From NCBI GenBank assembly GCA_965203325.1, contig OZ241875.1, positions 2,368,001-2,432,000 on the forward strand: DNA of 64,000 nucleotides, read 5' to 3'. This document shows, one piece after another, positions 18,987 through 28,481 of the stretch; within the stretch, counting starts at the first letter, position 1, and every line of letters begins with the position of its first letter. The notes under the pieces are model-generated. The model was not told the DNA's origin and did no database searches. It saw nothing but the letters and a program-made list of their open reading frames with translations. Both the position numbers and the translations under genes were made by a program. Source of the DNA: a bacterium. Its GTDB lineage: Bacteria; UBA8248.

Positions 18987-21296
18987 TCATCGAACACTCG
19001 GGGCCTTTTCGGGAACCCGGGCACGGACCGCGGTCCGCTCCGGGACGGCACGCCGGCATGGGCGGGAGCACGCTTCTCCGCGCCCTTCGAACAGGGCCGG
19101 CCCTCGCCCCAAATCCTCCAGCAACTCCACGATCCGGGCGGCGGCGGGCTCGGCGAACATGGATCCGTGTCCGCCCTCCACGGCGAGGACCTCCGCGCCT
19201 CTGGATTCGAGGAAAGCGACCTCCTCGCCGGTCAGCCGGCCGATCGCCTGATCCATCGTGCCGTAGGCGTAGATGACCTTCGAGAGGTCCTTACTCGCAA
19301 GAAGACGGGTGTAGCGGTGTTTCCCGAGCGCACCCTGGAACGCCGCCTGCATCCGGAGCCACCTCGGCAGCATGCCGTTCCTGAGGGGCGCGTCCGGATC
19401 GTCTGCCAGATCGAGCCGGGTGAGCGTCGTGCCGCCCTCGTAGTAATAGGCGACGGTGCTCCCGTCGTGAAGCTTGCTCAGCCGGTTCTCGTACATCTTG
19501 CGCTCGATGTCGAGCCGGCCCGCCATGATCACGTAGCGGTCCGCCGCGCCCGGTCCCTTGAGCGCCAGATAGCGCGGCACGATGAAGGACCCGAAGGAGT
19601 GGCTGAACACCACCACCCGCTTGCCCCGGGCCTTGAAGTGCCGAATCACCCGGTCGAGGATCTCGACGCTGACGTCCATCTCCGCCTGGACCCGCGCGAC
19701 GCTGTCGAGCCTCGCGTCGTCGATCAGCCCGGGGTTCAGGGTCTGCACCTGGTGCACGTTGACCAGGATCCGCTTCTCGTGGCCGGGGAACTCCGTCAGG
19801 TCCGATCCGGAGTCCAGCTCGGTGACGGGGCCTCCCTGCGAGAACAGCCAGACGGTGTCCGCGTCGGGGTCGCCGCCCGTCACCGTATCGTAGAGCCGCG
19901 TCACGTCCTCGGGAAGCGAGGTGAGCGGAACGAGCCTCGGGACGGCGGCCTGCCGTACCGCGACGATCTTCTCGCGCTCGACGAGGGCGAGGAGGTCGGG
20001 CTTCCCCTCCCCGGCGCAACGCCCGGCCGCCGCCCCGAGGCGGAAGGTCAGGCCGAGACGCGCCGCCGTCTCGCCGCGGCGGGTGTCGCGCTCGATGTCG
20101 AGCCCGAGCCGTGCGCAGCCGAGCCGGTAGCTTGCACCGACCGCCAACCGCCAGCCGTTCCCGGCGCCGGAGCCCTCGCCTCGCCAACCGCCGCGGCCGG
20201 TCTCGCGGAATGCCCTTCCACTCAGCGTCCATCGGTCGTCGAGGGCCAGGCGGTAGCGCAGTTCGGGGCCGCCCACGGCGTATTCGGTCAGCCGCGCCTG
20301 GCCGGACTCCCACCCGCGCCGCCCGGTAAGGGGGATGTAGTAGTTGGCCCCGATCCGGCTTCTTCCGATCTGGTAGTCCGCGCCGAGGCTCGCCTGCCGG
20401 TGCGTCCTGTCGCGGCCGGAGCCGGAGATCCGGTTCAGGTCGTGGAACGCGTTGAGCCCGACGATGCCGCCGCCGGCCTCGAACCGGAATACGATCCCGA
20501 GCGAGGCGCCGTGGAGGGCGCGCCCGTCCGGCCCTTGCGAGAGCACCGCACCGGGCTGGAGGAACAGTGCGCTGTTGCGCCGGCTCTCCAGCCCAATCGG
20601 GAATGCCGCGTCGAACTCGATTCGGCCGGCGCCGCCGCGCTCCCGCGTTTCGCCGTCGGCCGCGATCTCGTAATACGACCGTTTTCCCCCGTCCGCCGCC
20701 CGGACCGCTTCGCCGGCAGAGGCGACGGCGACGGCGAAAAGCGCCATAGAGGTGTCTGGTATGTTGAACTCCACGTCGTGACGGGCGCCGGCTTCGCTGA
20801 GCCGCCTGACTCGCGCGGCGTTCACGTCCGCGGCCGCGATAACGTGGCCGAGCGCAGTGGACGGATTGCTCGGAGCGGTATCGACGATATCGTTCAAACC
20901 ACCCCGGATGGTATAGAGCGCGTTCGGGTCGAAGCTGCCACCGCCTGCGGCGAGGTGCATTTCGATCTGCTCCGTCAACGTCGGCGCGGCATCCTGGTTG
21001 CAGGAGGTGGCCGGGTTCATGCACGCCCCGGCGAAGGCGTAGTTCGTCCCGCCCGCGAGCGAGTACGCGCCCGATGCGCCATAAGCCTCTGCGACGATCT
21101 CAGCCCGGACGGGGTCCGGGTTCGTGGTGAAGCCGGTGCCGGGGGGAAGCGGAAGCCCTGGTCCTGCGGCCGCGTTGCCCGAATCGTCCAGGCTGTCGCC
21201 GAACACGACGACATTGCTGAAACTCTGCGCCCATGCGCTCCCGGCGAGTCCCAGTACGAGAAGAAAGACGCCAATCAGACGAAGATGACGAAGCAT
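18987..21296 (-). CDS. Chimeric secreted protein: partial GDSL/SGNH esterase + inverse-autotransporter-like beta domain + alpha/beta hydrolase
   Basis: Signal peptide; VVFGDSLDD, GTNYAFAGA, GGLND; GLNAFHD, ANYYIPL; FSQGGP, SHSFG, GTMDQA, GGHG. Confidence 0.7.
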   Translation of the reverse strand: MLRHLRLIGVFLLVLGLAGSAWAQSFSNVVVFGDSLDDSGNAAAGPGLPLPPGTGFTTNPDPVRAEIVAEAYGASGAYSLAGGTNYAFAGACMNPATSCNQDAAPTLTEQIEMHLAAGGGSFDPNALYTIRGGLNDIVDTAPSNPSTALGHVIAAADVNAARVRRLSEAGARHDVEFNIPDTSMALFAVAVASAGEAVRAADGGKRSYYEIAADGETRERGGAGRIEFDAAFPIGLESRRNSALFLQPGAVLSQGPDGRALHGASLGIVFRFEAGGGIVGLNAFHDLNRISGSGRDRTHRQASLGADYQIGRSRIGANYYIPLTGRRGWESGQARLTEYAVGGPELRYRLALDDRWTLSGRAFRETGRGGWRGEGSGAGNGWRLAVGASYRLGCARLGLDIERDTRRGETAARLGLTFRLGAAAGRCAGEGKPDLLALVEREKIVAVRQAAVPRLVPLTSLPEDVTRLYDTVTGGDPDADTVWLFSQGGPVTELDSGSDLTEFPGHEKRILVNVHQVQTLNPGLIDDARLDSVARVQAEMDVSVEILDRVIRHFKARGKRVVVFSHSFGSFIVPRYLALKGPGAADRYVIMAGRLDIERKMYENRLSKLHDGSTVAYYYEGGTTLTRLDLADDPDAPLRNGMLPRWLRMQAAFQGALGKHRYTRLLASKDLSKVIYAYGTMDQAIGRLTGEEVAFLESRGAEVLAVEGGHGSMFAEPAAARIVELLEDLGRGPALFEGRGEACSRPCRRAVPERTAVRARVPEKAPSVR

Positions 21297-21316
21297 GGAG
21301 AGGATTCCTTTATATG

Positions 21317-21370
21317 ACGAACCCCATCGAGTCGACCTTCGCCCCGATCCGGCTGCGAACGGCGAAGACG
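21317..21370 (+). mobile_element. IS256-family transposase fragment
   Basis: TNPIESTFAPIRLRTAKT resembles the conserved TNxIESxFxxxRxRT motif. Confidence 0.6.
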
Positions 21371-21394
21371 GACCGTGGCGAAGGACGCCCCGGG

Positions 21395-21487
21395 TTCCGT
21401 TTCTCCCTGCGAGCGGCAACCCGGCAGACCCTGTACCCGCACGCTGCAACCTTCCCCGGAACAGTGAAGAACGATCTCGTACTTCAT
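21395..21487 (-). pseudogene. HicB-like antitoxin N-terminal fragment
   Basis: MKYEIVLHCSGEGCSVRVQGLPGCRSQGETE (LPGCxSQGET motif). Confidence 0.65.
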
Positions 21488-21607
21488 GGTGCGCGCCTCC
21501 TTCCCTGGACCCCTGGGGTACCGGGCCGCCGGGCATTCGACCTTTCCTGGTCCGGTTTTTCAAAGATGGCTTCAAGAACAAGAATCCGGGCATGGCGCGT
21601 CGACGGC

Positions 21608-24040
21608 TCAGAACGCCCGCCGCCAGCCGGCGAGAAAGGTGAGCCTCGGTCCGGCGGCGCCGCTGTGGCCGGGGTTCCGGCTCCAGACGACGCCGAGGCG
21701 GAGCCGCCCTTCTGCCAGCGGCCTCTCCCAGGTGGCGGCCAGATCGATCTGGCGCTCATCGGGCGCGAGGGGCGAGGCGAGCGATGCGTGCAGCACCCTG
21801 CCGTACCTGGTTCGCGCCACCGGAAGCGTCAGCGACGCCCGGCCGTCCTCGACGCGCAGCGGCTGCGCCAGGGAGAAGCGCACGGTGTCCTTATCGGTAA
21901 CGGCGGCGCGCGCGTGCAGGGCGAACGCGCTGGTCGTCATCGGCGAGACCTCCTTGATGAGCCCGCCCCGCGCTTTCGGACGGGCGCGCCCCCATTCCGC
22001 GCCTGCCCCGAGCCGCCACGCGCCGAGCTTCACGTCTCCCTCGAGGCGGATGAAGGCGGTATCCGCCGCCAGGGCTCCGAAAGCGCCCCGGCCTTCGCCT
22101 CCGAGAATGGTCTCATCCTCTCCAATCCAGCCGAGGCGAAGTCCGAGAGGAGAACCTTCAGGCCGCCAGCCCAGCGCGCCGCCCACCGCGTCGTAATCCT
22201 GGTGGGAGCCAAAAACGGAGGCGGAAAAACCCGCCTGGTTCGTGAAGGTCGCCATCATCCCGCCTTCGGCAAGTGAGAGGTGTCCCCCGTCCACTTCCGA
22301 GGAAGTCTCGCGGACCCACACCCCGGGCTTTCGGGATCCGCCGAGGGGATCCGCCAGGAAGCCCCGTACCCTCGTGTCCACTCCCGGACCCTTCGCCGTC
22401 GCCACGAGATCGCCCAGCATGTACCAGAACGGCGCGCCCAGCTCGTCCAGTGCCATGATTTCACGGTTCGCGACAGAGCGCGCGAGTCCGTCCCCGAGCG
22501 GGGCCCCGAGACGCAGGCGCGTCGCGTGCAGGCTGTTCCCGGCCCGGTTCGTGTTCGTGCCGAGGGGAACATCCAGGACGCCCACCGGGTGCGTGGCGGC
22601 GGCGAGGTCGAGCTTGCCCCGGCCGTAGACGGCTCTGTCCGAGTAGACGCCGGTATCGTCGGCGGTCTCGAAGAGGCGGGTGACCAGTTCGGTGTTCGAG
22701 AGCTGATCCCGGAAGAGTTGTTTCATGATCGCGAGCCCGCCGGCCACGAACGGCGCGGCGACGGACGTGCCGCTTTCGTTCGGGACGATGCCTCGAACCG
22801 TCCTGGTGTCGTCGTCGGGGTCGGGCCCGAAATAGGCGCCGCGAACGTCCTGGCCTGGCGCCGCAATGCAATAGTCCGCCGCGATGCCGCAGCGGTTGGA
22901 AAAATCGGCGATCCTCTCATCGCCGGGTCCCAGCGCCACGACGGCGACGGTATGTCCCCTGAGTTCCGCGATGCGCGCGGCAAGGCCCGGAAAGACCTCG
23001 ACCGAAACCGCGTCGATCCCGTCGCTGTGGCAATCGGGGGTCGGCGGTTCGCAGACGGCGGCGCCCTGGCCGTGGGCGTTGCCCGCCGCCCAGACGAGGA
23101 TGGTCTTTTCGCCGGCGCCCGCCTGCGCCATGGCGGCGATGGCGCTGTCGAAGTTCTGGCGGAGCTGCTGCTCGGTGTAGTCGTCGATGATGCCGTTGGC
23201 GCCGAAGCTGAGGTTCAGGATGTCAACTTTCCGGGCGCCGTCCCGCCAACCCAGAACGGTGTCGAGATACAACGCCATTCGATCGTCGTAGCCGTCCAGT
23301 TCGGCGAGGGACACCGGGATGTAGCCGTCACCGACGGCAGGAAACGGGATGGCGAACATGGCGATGCCGGCGCCCGGCGCAACGCCCTGCGGGGAGGTGG
23401 AATCGGAGGGCGCGTGAACGCCGGCGGCGACGCTCGCGACGGCCGTGCCGTGGGAATACCCTGCAGCACCCGTCTCGTCCGCCGCGCCGCTCAGGAACAC
23501 TTCGGTAACCGTCTTGCCCGCGAACATCGGATGTGACGTGTCGATGCCGCTGTCCATGAAGCCGATGGTCACTCCGGCGCCGGGCTCGACGTTTTCACCT
23601 TTGAGCAGGTTCACGTGGGCGTAGGCCGAATCCGCGCCGATGGTCCCCAGACCCCACTGGTTCCTGAAGGGACCCTCCAGGCGGTATCCCCCGGCGAGCC
23701 GCTGCGCCTCGATATTGAAATCACCGATTGAGGCGCAAGTCCCGTCGTGAAGCGGGATGCATCCCTGCGTAGGCTGAGGCGGCGGTGCGGTGCAGTTCGG
23801 AGGCGTCCCGACCTGCCCGATCGGACAGGCCAGCGGCTGAGGCGGCGGTGCGGTGCAGTTCGGGGGTGTCCCGACCTGCCCGAGCGGACAGGCCAGCGGC
23901 TGCAATCTGGCCCTTCCGCCCCCGCCGCCGCAGTTCGTGAGGACGAACGTCATGCAAATGACAATCGCGCAAATCAGGGCCCGGTTCGGCGTGAACGCGG
24001 CTTTGGAGCCGTTTGCGCTCCCGGTTCGGTCGCACATCAC
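21608..24040 (-). CDS. S8 (subtilisin-like) serine peptidase, lipoprotein with a C-terminal beta-rich domain
   Basis: LTNC lipobox; catalytic triad motifs FMDSG, SHGTAVA, SGTSVAAP; AAGN oxyanion motif. Confidence 0.9.
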   Translation of the reverse strand: MMCDRTGSANGSKAAFTPNRALICAIVICMTFVLTNCGGGGGRARLQPLACPLGQVGTPPNCTAPPPQPLACPIGQVGTPPNCTAPPPQPTQGCIPLHDGTCASIGDFNIEAQRLAGGYRLEGPFRNQWGLGTIGADSAYAHVNLLKGENVEPGAGVTIGFMDSGIDTSHPMFAGKTVTEVFLSGAADETGAAGYSHGTAVASVAAGVHAPSDSTSPQGVAPGAGIAMFAIPFPAVGDGYIPVSLAELDGYDDRMALYLDTVLGWRDGARKVDILNLSFGANGIIDDYTEQQLRQNFDSAIAAMAQAGAGEKTILVWAAGNAHGQGAAVCEPPTPDCHSDGIDAVSVEVFPGLAARIAELRGHTVAVVALGPGDERIADFSNRCGIAADYCIAAPGQDVRGAYFGPDPDDDTRTVRGIVPNESGTSVAAPFVAGGLAIMKQLFRDQLSNTELVTRLFETADDTGVYSDRAVYGRGKLDLAAATHPVGVLDVPLGTNTNRAGNSLHATRLRLGAPLGDGLARSVANREIMALDELGAPFWYMLGDLVATAKGPGVDTRVRGFLADPLGGSRKPGVWVRETSSEVDGGHLSLAEGGMMATFTNQAGFSASVFGSHQDYDAVGGALGWRPEGSPLGLRLGWIGEDETILGGEGRGAFGALAADTAFIRLEGDVKLGAWRLGAGAEWGRARPKARGGLIKEVSPMTTSAFALHARAAVTDKDTVRFSLAQPLRVEDGRASLTLPVARTRYGRVLHASLASPLAPDERQIDLAATWERPLAEGRLRLGVVWSRNPGHSGAAGPRLTFLAGWRRAF
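23772..23902 (-). repeat. 63-bp tandem repeat encoding QPLACPxGQVGTPPNCTAPPP
   Basis: Two near-identical units starting at 23772 and 23835. Confidence 0.9.
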
Positions 24041-24532
24041 GGATTCGCCAAAAGCTTATTGCGTCCTGCCATTGCCATGCCCCCTTCTGGAAGGCTCAAC
24101 CATTCCTCCGGTCATCGTTCCGGCGGACTTCCCGCAACAGCAAAATTTTGTAGTGAAAACCTGGGAAGGATAACGCCGAATTGCGATAAACCCGGGGCGG
24201 GCTCCGCCTGGTGCGCCGGACGGCGCTGCGCGCTCTTGCCAGCCTCTTCGGATGACGGAATGTAGCGGATTCCGCCCACAGGCTGCAAGAGCCTGGGGGC
24301 TCTCTCCACGCGATTTCTCATTCGTGTTCCTCCCCTTCCTCTCCGGTGGCCGAAAAAAAGCGGGCAATAAGTCCGCCTGGTCCGCCGCCTTTCCGGGCAA
24401 TGCAAATCCACTCATTGGATACAGATTCATTATACAGAATCTGTATACCCTATGCGCATCTATTGCCTTCAGTATCATGTACATATTGTGTTTTATGGAA
24501 TTGTTGCCGTATTTTCCGGTCCGGGGGGAGCG

Positions 24533-24847
24533 ATGAACGGAAGCGACGAGGCGGGGCGCATCTCGCGTCTGTTCGCGGCGCTCGGGCGGATCACCGCAAG
24601 TCTGGAGCCTGAGACCGTGCTCACCGAGGTGGTCGAGGGCGCCCGCGCGCGCTCGGTGAATGCCGGGCGTGTGGTGACCCGCGACGCGCTGCTGCGCCGG
24701 GTCTGGTCTAGGCGCGAGGACGCCACCGTGCAGGCGGTGCGCAACTTCGTCAAGAAACTCCACCGGAAGCTCGGCGACGACCCCGCACAACCGGCCTTCA
24801 TCCACAACGTGCGCGGCGTCGGCTACAAAATGCCGAAAACCCGGTGA
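24533..24847 (+). pseudogene. Internally deleted relic of a GAF-kinase-OmpR hybrid (N-terminal GAF helix fused to a winged-helix C-terminus)
   Basis: RITASLEPETVLTEVVEGARA and AGRVVTRDALLRRVWS..KLGDD..GVGYKMP match both ends of the 47509-49854 protein. Confidence 0.75.
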
Positions 24848-25210
24848 GGCGTAGCGCGCCACGCCGGAGCGGCCCCGGTCTTCGACGACTCGCGCCCCCT
24901 GGGATGCTCTGGGGTTGTAATGAGTCCGCTTGCGGCTTGATTACATTTATTTCAATAAATTTATAACTAGCTTGAAAACAATAATTTAATTTTTATATTC
25001 TGGATATTTCGATAAAATTGGATAAATACCGATAAATTAACGGGGTATTTCTGTAAATTGTTTTCCCGAAAACGCCCCCGCCGCGGGCGCACTTACTCCC
25101 GCGACCAGGATGATTCGGAGTATAGGGGGTTTCCGGCGAAAGCCGCGACGGCAAATGCGCGCAGTTGCGGGCAGATGCGCGGGTCGTTCCACGGGGAACA
25201 CTCAGGAAGG

Positions 25211-26239
25211 CTATCCGAAGAACAGTTCCGCGGAATCGAAGAAGTCCTCCCTGAGCGTGTTCACCTTGCCGAGCACGTCCTCGAGCGGCACCGGGTTGAT
25301 GTCGCGCCCCTGCAGCGCGGCCATCACGCCCCAGGTTCCCTCGTGCGCGAGTTCGCTCGCCCGCACGCCCAGGCGCGTCGCCAGCACGCGATCGTATGGC
25401 ACGGGGGAGCCGCCGCGCTGGATGTGCCCCAGGATGACGGCGCGCGTATCCACGTTCATCCGGTCGCCGATCTCCTTGGCGAGGTATTCGCCGACGCCGC
25501 CGAGCTGCACGTGCCCGAACTCGTCCACCGTCTGGCTGCGTGTGATGTAGTCCTCGATGCCCTTGGGCTTTGCGCCCTCGGCCACGACCACGTTGGCGAA
25601 GTTGCGCCCGCGCGCGAATCGCGCCTTGAGCACCTCGACGACCTCTTCGATGTTGAAGGGCCGCTCGGGCACGAGGATGAGGTCCGCCCCCCCGGCGATG
25701 CCCGCGTAGGTGGCGAGCCAGCCCGAGTGGCGCCCCATGACTTCGAGGATGATGACGCGGTCGTGCGCCTCCGCCGTGGTGCGCAGGCGGTCGATGGCGT
25801 CGGTGATGACGCCGACGGCGGTGTGGAAGCCGAAGGAGTAGTCCGTGAGGCCGATGTCGTTGTCGATGGTCTTGGGCACGCTGATGACGTTGTAGCCCTC
25901 TTTGCTCAGGTAGGCGGCCACGCTCAGCGTGTCGTCCCCCCCGATGGCGATGAGGCCGTCGATTCGCGAGGCGCGCCAGTTCTCCTTGAATTTCTCGAGC
26001 ACGGCGGGGTCCTTCGTGGGGTTCGTCCGCGAGGAGCCCAGAATGGTGCCCCCCTTGTCGAGGATGCCGGAGATCATCGGGCCCGTGATCTCCACGAAAT
26101 CGCCGTCCACCAGGCCGCGCCAGCCCCGGCGGATTCCCAGCGTATGGCTGCCGCGATGGAAATTCGAGGCCGTCACCGCGCGGATGACCGCGTTCAGGCC
26201 GGGGCAGTCTCCGCCCCCCGTCAATACGCCTAGCTTCAT
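25211..26239 (-). CDS. pfkA: 6-phosphofructokinase
   Basis: LTGGGDCPGLN, GGTILGSSR, GGDDT, PKTIDND, EVMGR, LGHIQRGG. Confidence 0.95.
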   Translation of the reverse strand: MKLGVLTGGGDCPGLNAVIRAVTASNFHRGSHTLGIRRGWRGLVDGDFVEITGPMISGILDKGGTILGSSRTNPTKDPAVLEKFKENWRASRIDGLIAIGGDDTLSVAAYLSKEGYNVISVPKTIDNDIGLTDYSFGFHTAVGVITDAIDRLRTTAEAHDRVIILEVMGRHSGWLATYAGIAGGADLILVPERPFNIEEVVEVLKARFARGRNFANVVVAEGAKPKGIEDYITRSQTVDEFGHVQLGGVGEYLAKEIGDRMNVDTRAVILGHIQRGGSPVPYDRVLATRLGVRASELAHEGTWGVMAALQGRDINPVPLEDVLGKVNTLREDFFDSAELFFG

Positions 26240-26589
26240 ATCTTATACTTCCTTCTGCTGAGGTGGGGTTCATCTGTTTTTCGCACTGAAACCATTTTAT
26301 CACAGCCGGATTACGATTGGGTGTTGCGCGCGTTACGGTTGGATGAACGGCCCCGGCCGGTTCCCCTGATAACGCGATTCTACACGGATTCGCCGCGCGC
26401 GAAAGACGGATCTCCGGGCGGGGCCCGCGAAACAAAATTTGGCGGCTTGCGTCTTTCGTGCTAGGATTACCGTCAGTCGAAAAATGAAAATGTGTTGGAA
26501 GATTCTGGGTGGATTTTGCGCCAGAAGGGCCGTAGTCGGCCACTGATTGATACCGAGTGGTCGTTTCATCTCAACCGGAGGAGAGCATC

Positions 26590-27735
26590 ATGTCCAAGAA
26601 AGAGCTTCATGAGCATCCCGAAATCATCGTTCCCGAATCATCCGATCTCTCGCGCAGGAGCTTCATCCAGACCCTTGGGGTCGCCGGCGTCGCGGCCGCG
26701 GCGCCGATGGTGCTCACGACCAGAAAGGCGGACGCCGCGAAATGGCCCGCCCGCCCGATCACGGGGGTGGTGATGTACGCCGCCGGCGGCGGCACGGACA
26801 CCGTCATCCGCACCCTGTGCGGCGAGATGGCGCGCACCACCGGCTGGCCCGTCAACGTCATCAACCGTCCCGGCTCCGTGGGAGGCGTGGCCACCCGCTA
26901 CGTGCTCAACAAGGCGGCCGACGGCTATACCTGGCTGGGCGCCGGGAACTACAACAAGTTCGTCCGGCCGATGGGATACACGGATTCGGCGGCGTGGGTG
27001 GACTGGCAGCACTTCGCGGCGGCGGCTTCGCTCGCGAGCTGGTCGGTGCGGCCCGACTCGCCTTTCAAGACCTTCAACGACGTGGTCGCCGCGGCCAAGA
27101 AGAAATCCGGCAAGCTCACCATCTCGACTTCGGGCGTGGGCAGCATCTGGCACGAGGTGGGCGCCACCGTCGCGGACGCAGCGGGCATCGAATTGCGCTT
27201 CGTGCCGTATAAGGGCGGAAAACCCGCGACCGTCGCGGGCCTTCAGGGCGAGGTGGACATCGCAGGCGGCGGCGTGCACGAGCACGTCGAGTTCCTGCGC
27301 GCCGGCAAGCTGAGAAACCTCATGCACACGGGGCCGAAGGATCTGGACATTTCCAACTACGGGAAGGCTTACACCATCGCCAACTTCATACCCGCGCTCA
27401 AGGCCCTGTTGCCGATGGGCGGGATGTACAGCATCGCCCTGAGGCGGGAGACGCCCGTCGACGTGCTCAACAAGATCAAGCCGGTATGGGTCGCGGCCGC
27501 GAAATCGGATGCCTTCGGGAAGATCGCGACGCGCAAGTACTTCCAGATCGACGTCCGCGTGGGAGAAGCGGCCGATCGCCGGGCCGCGCAGCTCGAGTGC
27601 CTGAGCGCAGCGACGCTGCTCAAGCTGCAGAAGCATATCGGCAAAAAGGTGCGCGGACCCAAGGAACTCGGGCTTCCCGAACCGAAGGATTTCGACGCCT
27701 GGTGGCCGCCGAAGGGCTACAAGCCTCGCATTTGA
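26590..27735 (+). CDS. Tripartite tricarboxylate transporter substrate-binding protein (TctC/Bug), Tat signal
   Basis: SRRSFI twin-arginine motif, AGGGTD, ADGYT, VPYKGG. Confidence 0.88.
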   Translation: MSKKELHEHPEIIVPESSDLSRRSFIQTLGVAGVAAAAPMVLTTRKADAAKWPARPITGVVMYAAGGGTDTVIRTLCGEMARTTGWPVNVINRPGSVGGVATRYVLNKAADGYTWLGAGNYNKFVRPMGYTDSAAWVDWQHFAAAASLASWSVRPDSPFKTFNDVVAAAKKKSGKLTISTSGVGSIWHEVGATVADAAGIELRFVPYKGGKPATVAGLQGEVDIAGGGVHEHVEFLRAGKLRNLMHTGPKDLDISNYGKAYTIANFIPALKALLPMGGMYSIALRRETPVDVLNKIKPVWVAAAKSDAFGKIATRKYFQIDVRVGEAADRRAAQLECLSAATLLKLQKHIGKKVRGPKELGLPEPKDFDAWWPPKGYKPRI

Positions 27736-27845
27736 GCCAAACGGCTCATCGCGCAATGCCTGCCTCGAGCGGGCCGCCTTGGAGACGAAGCGGCCTGCTC
27801 GGGGAGGCCGTATTCATTGATTTTGTTCTATGCAGAGAGAGTTGC

Positions 27846-28478
27846 ATGGTTTCCTCGAACGACGATGACCGCAAGGCGCATTCGCCCGCGGATGAACCCG
27901 AAGACTCCGCCGCCTCGCAACTGCTTTCCGAGGAGGGGGGGGACGCCGCCACGCCGGGCAGGGATCTCGCGGCGGCGAGCGTCGTGGGCGTCGTCGCTAT
28001 CCTCGCCGTCATCCTCGGGCTGCTCATGCCCAACCCCGAGAAGAACATCTTCACCGCGCCGGGCTTCATGCCCATTCTCACGGGCCTGAGCCTGCTGGCC
28101 ATGGCCATCGGACTGGGAGCGGGCGCGCTCAAACGGGGCGGCGGTTCGGAGCTGAACCTCTCGCCCGCTGAATTGCTGGGCAGATATTTCGCCGACTATG
28201 AGAACCAGTGGGCGCTCATCCTGATGGGCCTGGTGGTTGTATATATAGTGCTCCTCGACTGGGTGACCTTCGTCATCACGGTTCCGCTGGTGATAGGAGG
28301 CTTCCGGCTCGGCTTCAGCAGCTTCGAGGCCGTCACCATACCCATGCTGGCCATCGCCCTGCGCATCTTCTGGCCGAAGTCCTTTCTGCAGTGTCTCGTC
28401 GTCTCCGCGATTTCAACGCTCGTTCTGGCCGCCGCGTTTCGCTACGGCTTCCGCATTCCGCTGCCGGGTTCGGGGTAG
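27846..28478 (+). CDS. TctB-like small membrane subunit
   Basis: Hydrophobic, APGFMP motif, ends FRIPLP, lies between tctC-like and tctA-like genes. Confidence 0.75.
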   Translation: MVSSNDDDRKAHSPADEPEDSAASQLLSEEGGDAATPGRDLAAASVVGVVAILAVILGLLMPNPEKNIFTAPGFMPILTGLSLLAMAIGLGAGALKRGGGSELNLSPAELLGRYFADYENQWALILMGLVVVYIVLLDWVTFVITVPLVIGGFRLGFSSFEAVTIPMLAIALRIFWPKSFLQCLVVSAISTLVLAAAFRYGFRIPLPGSG

Positions 28479-28481
28479 GCC

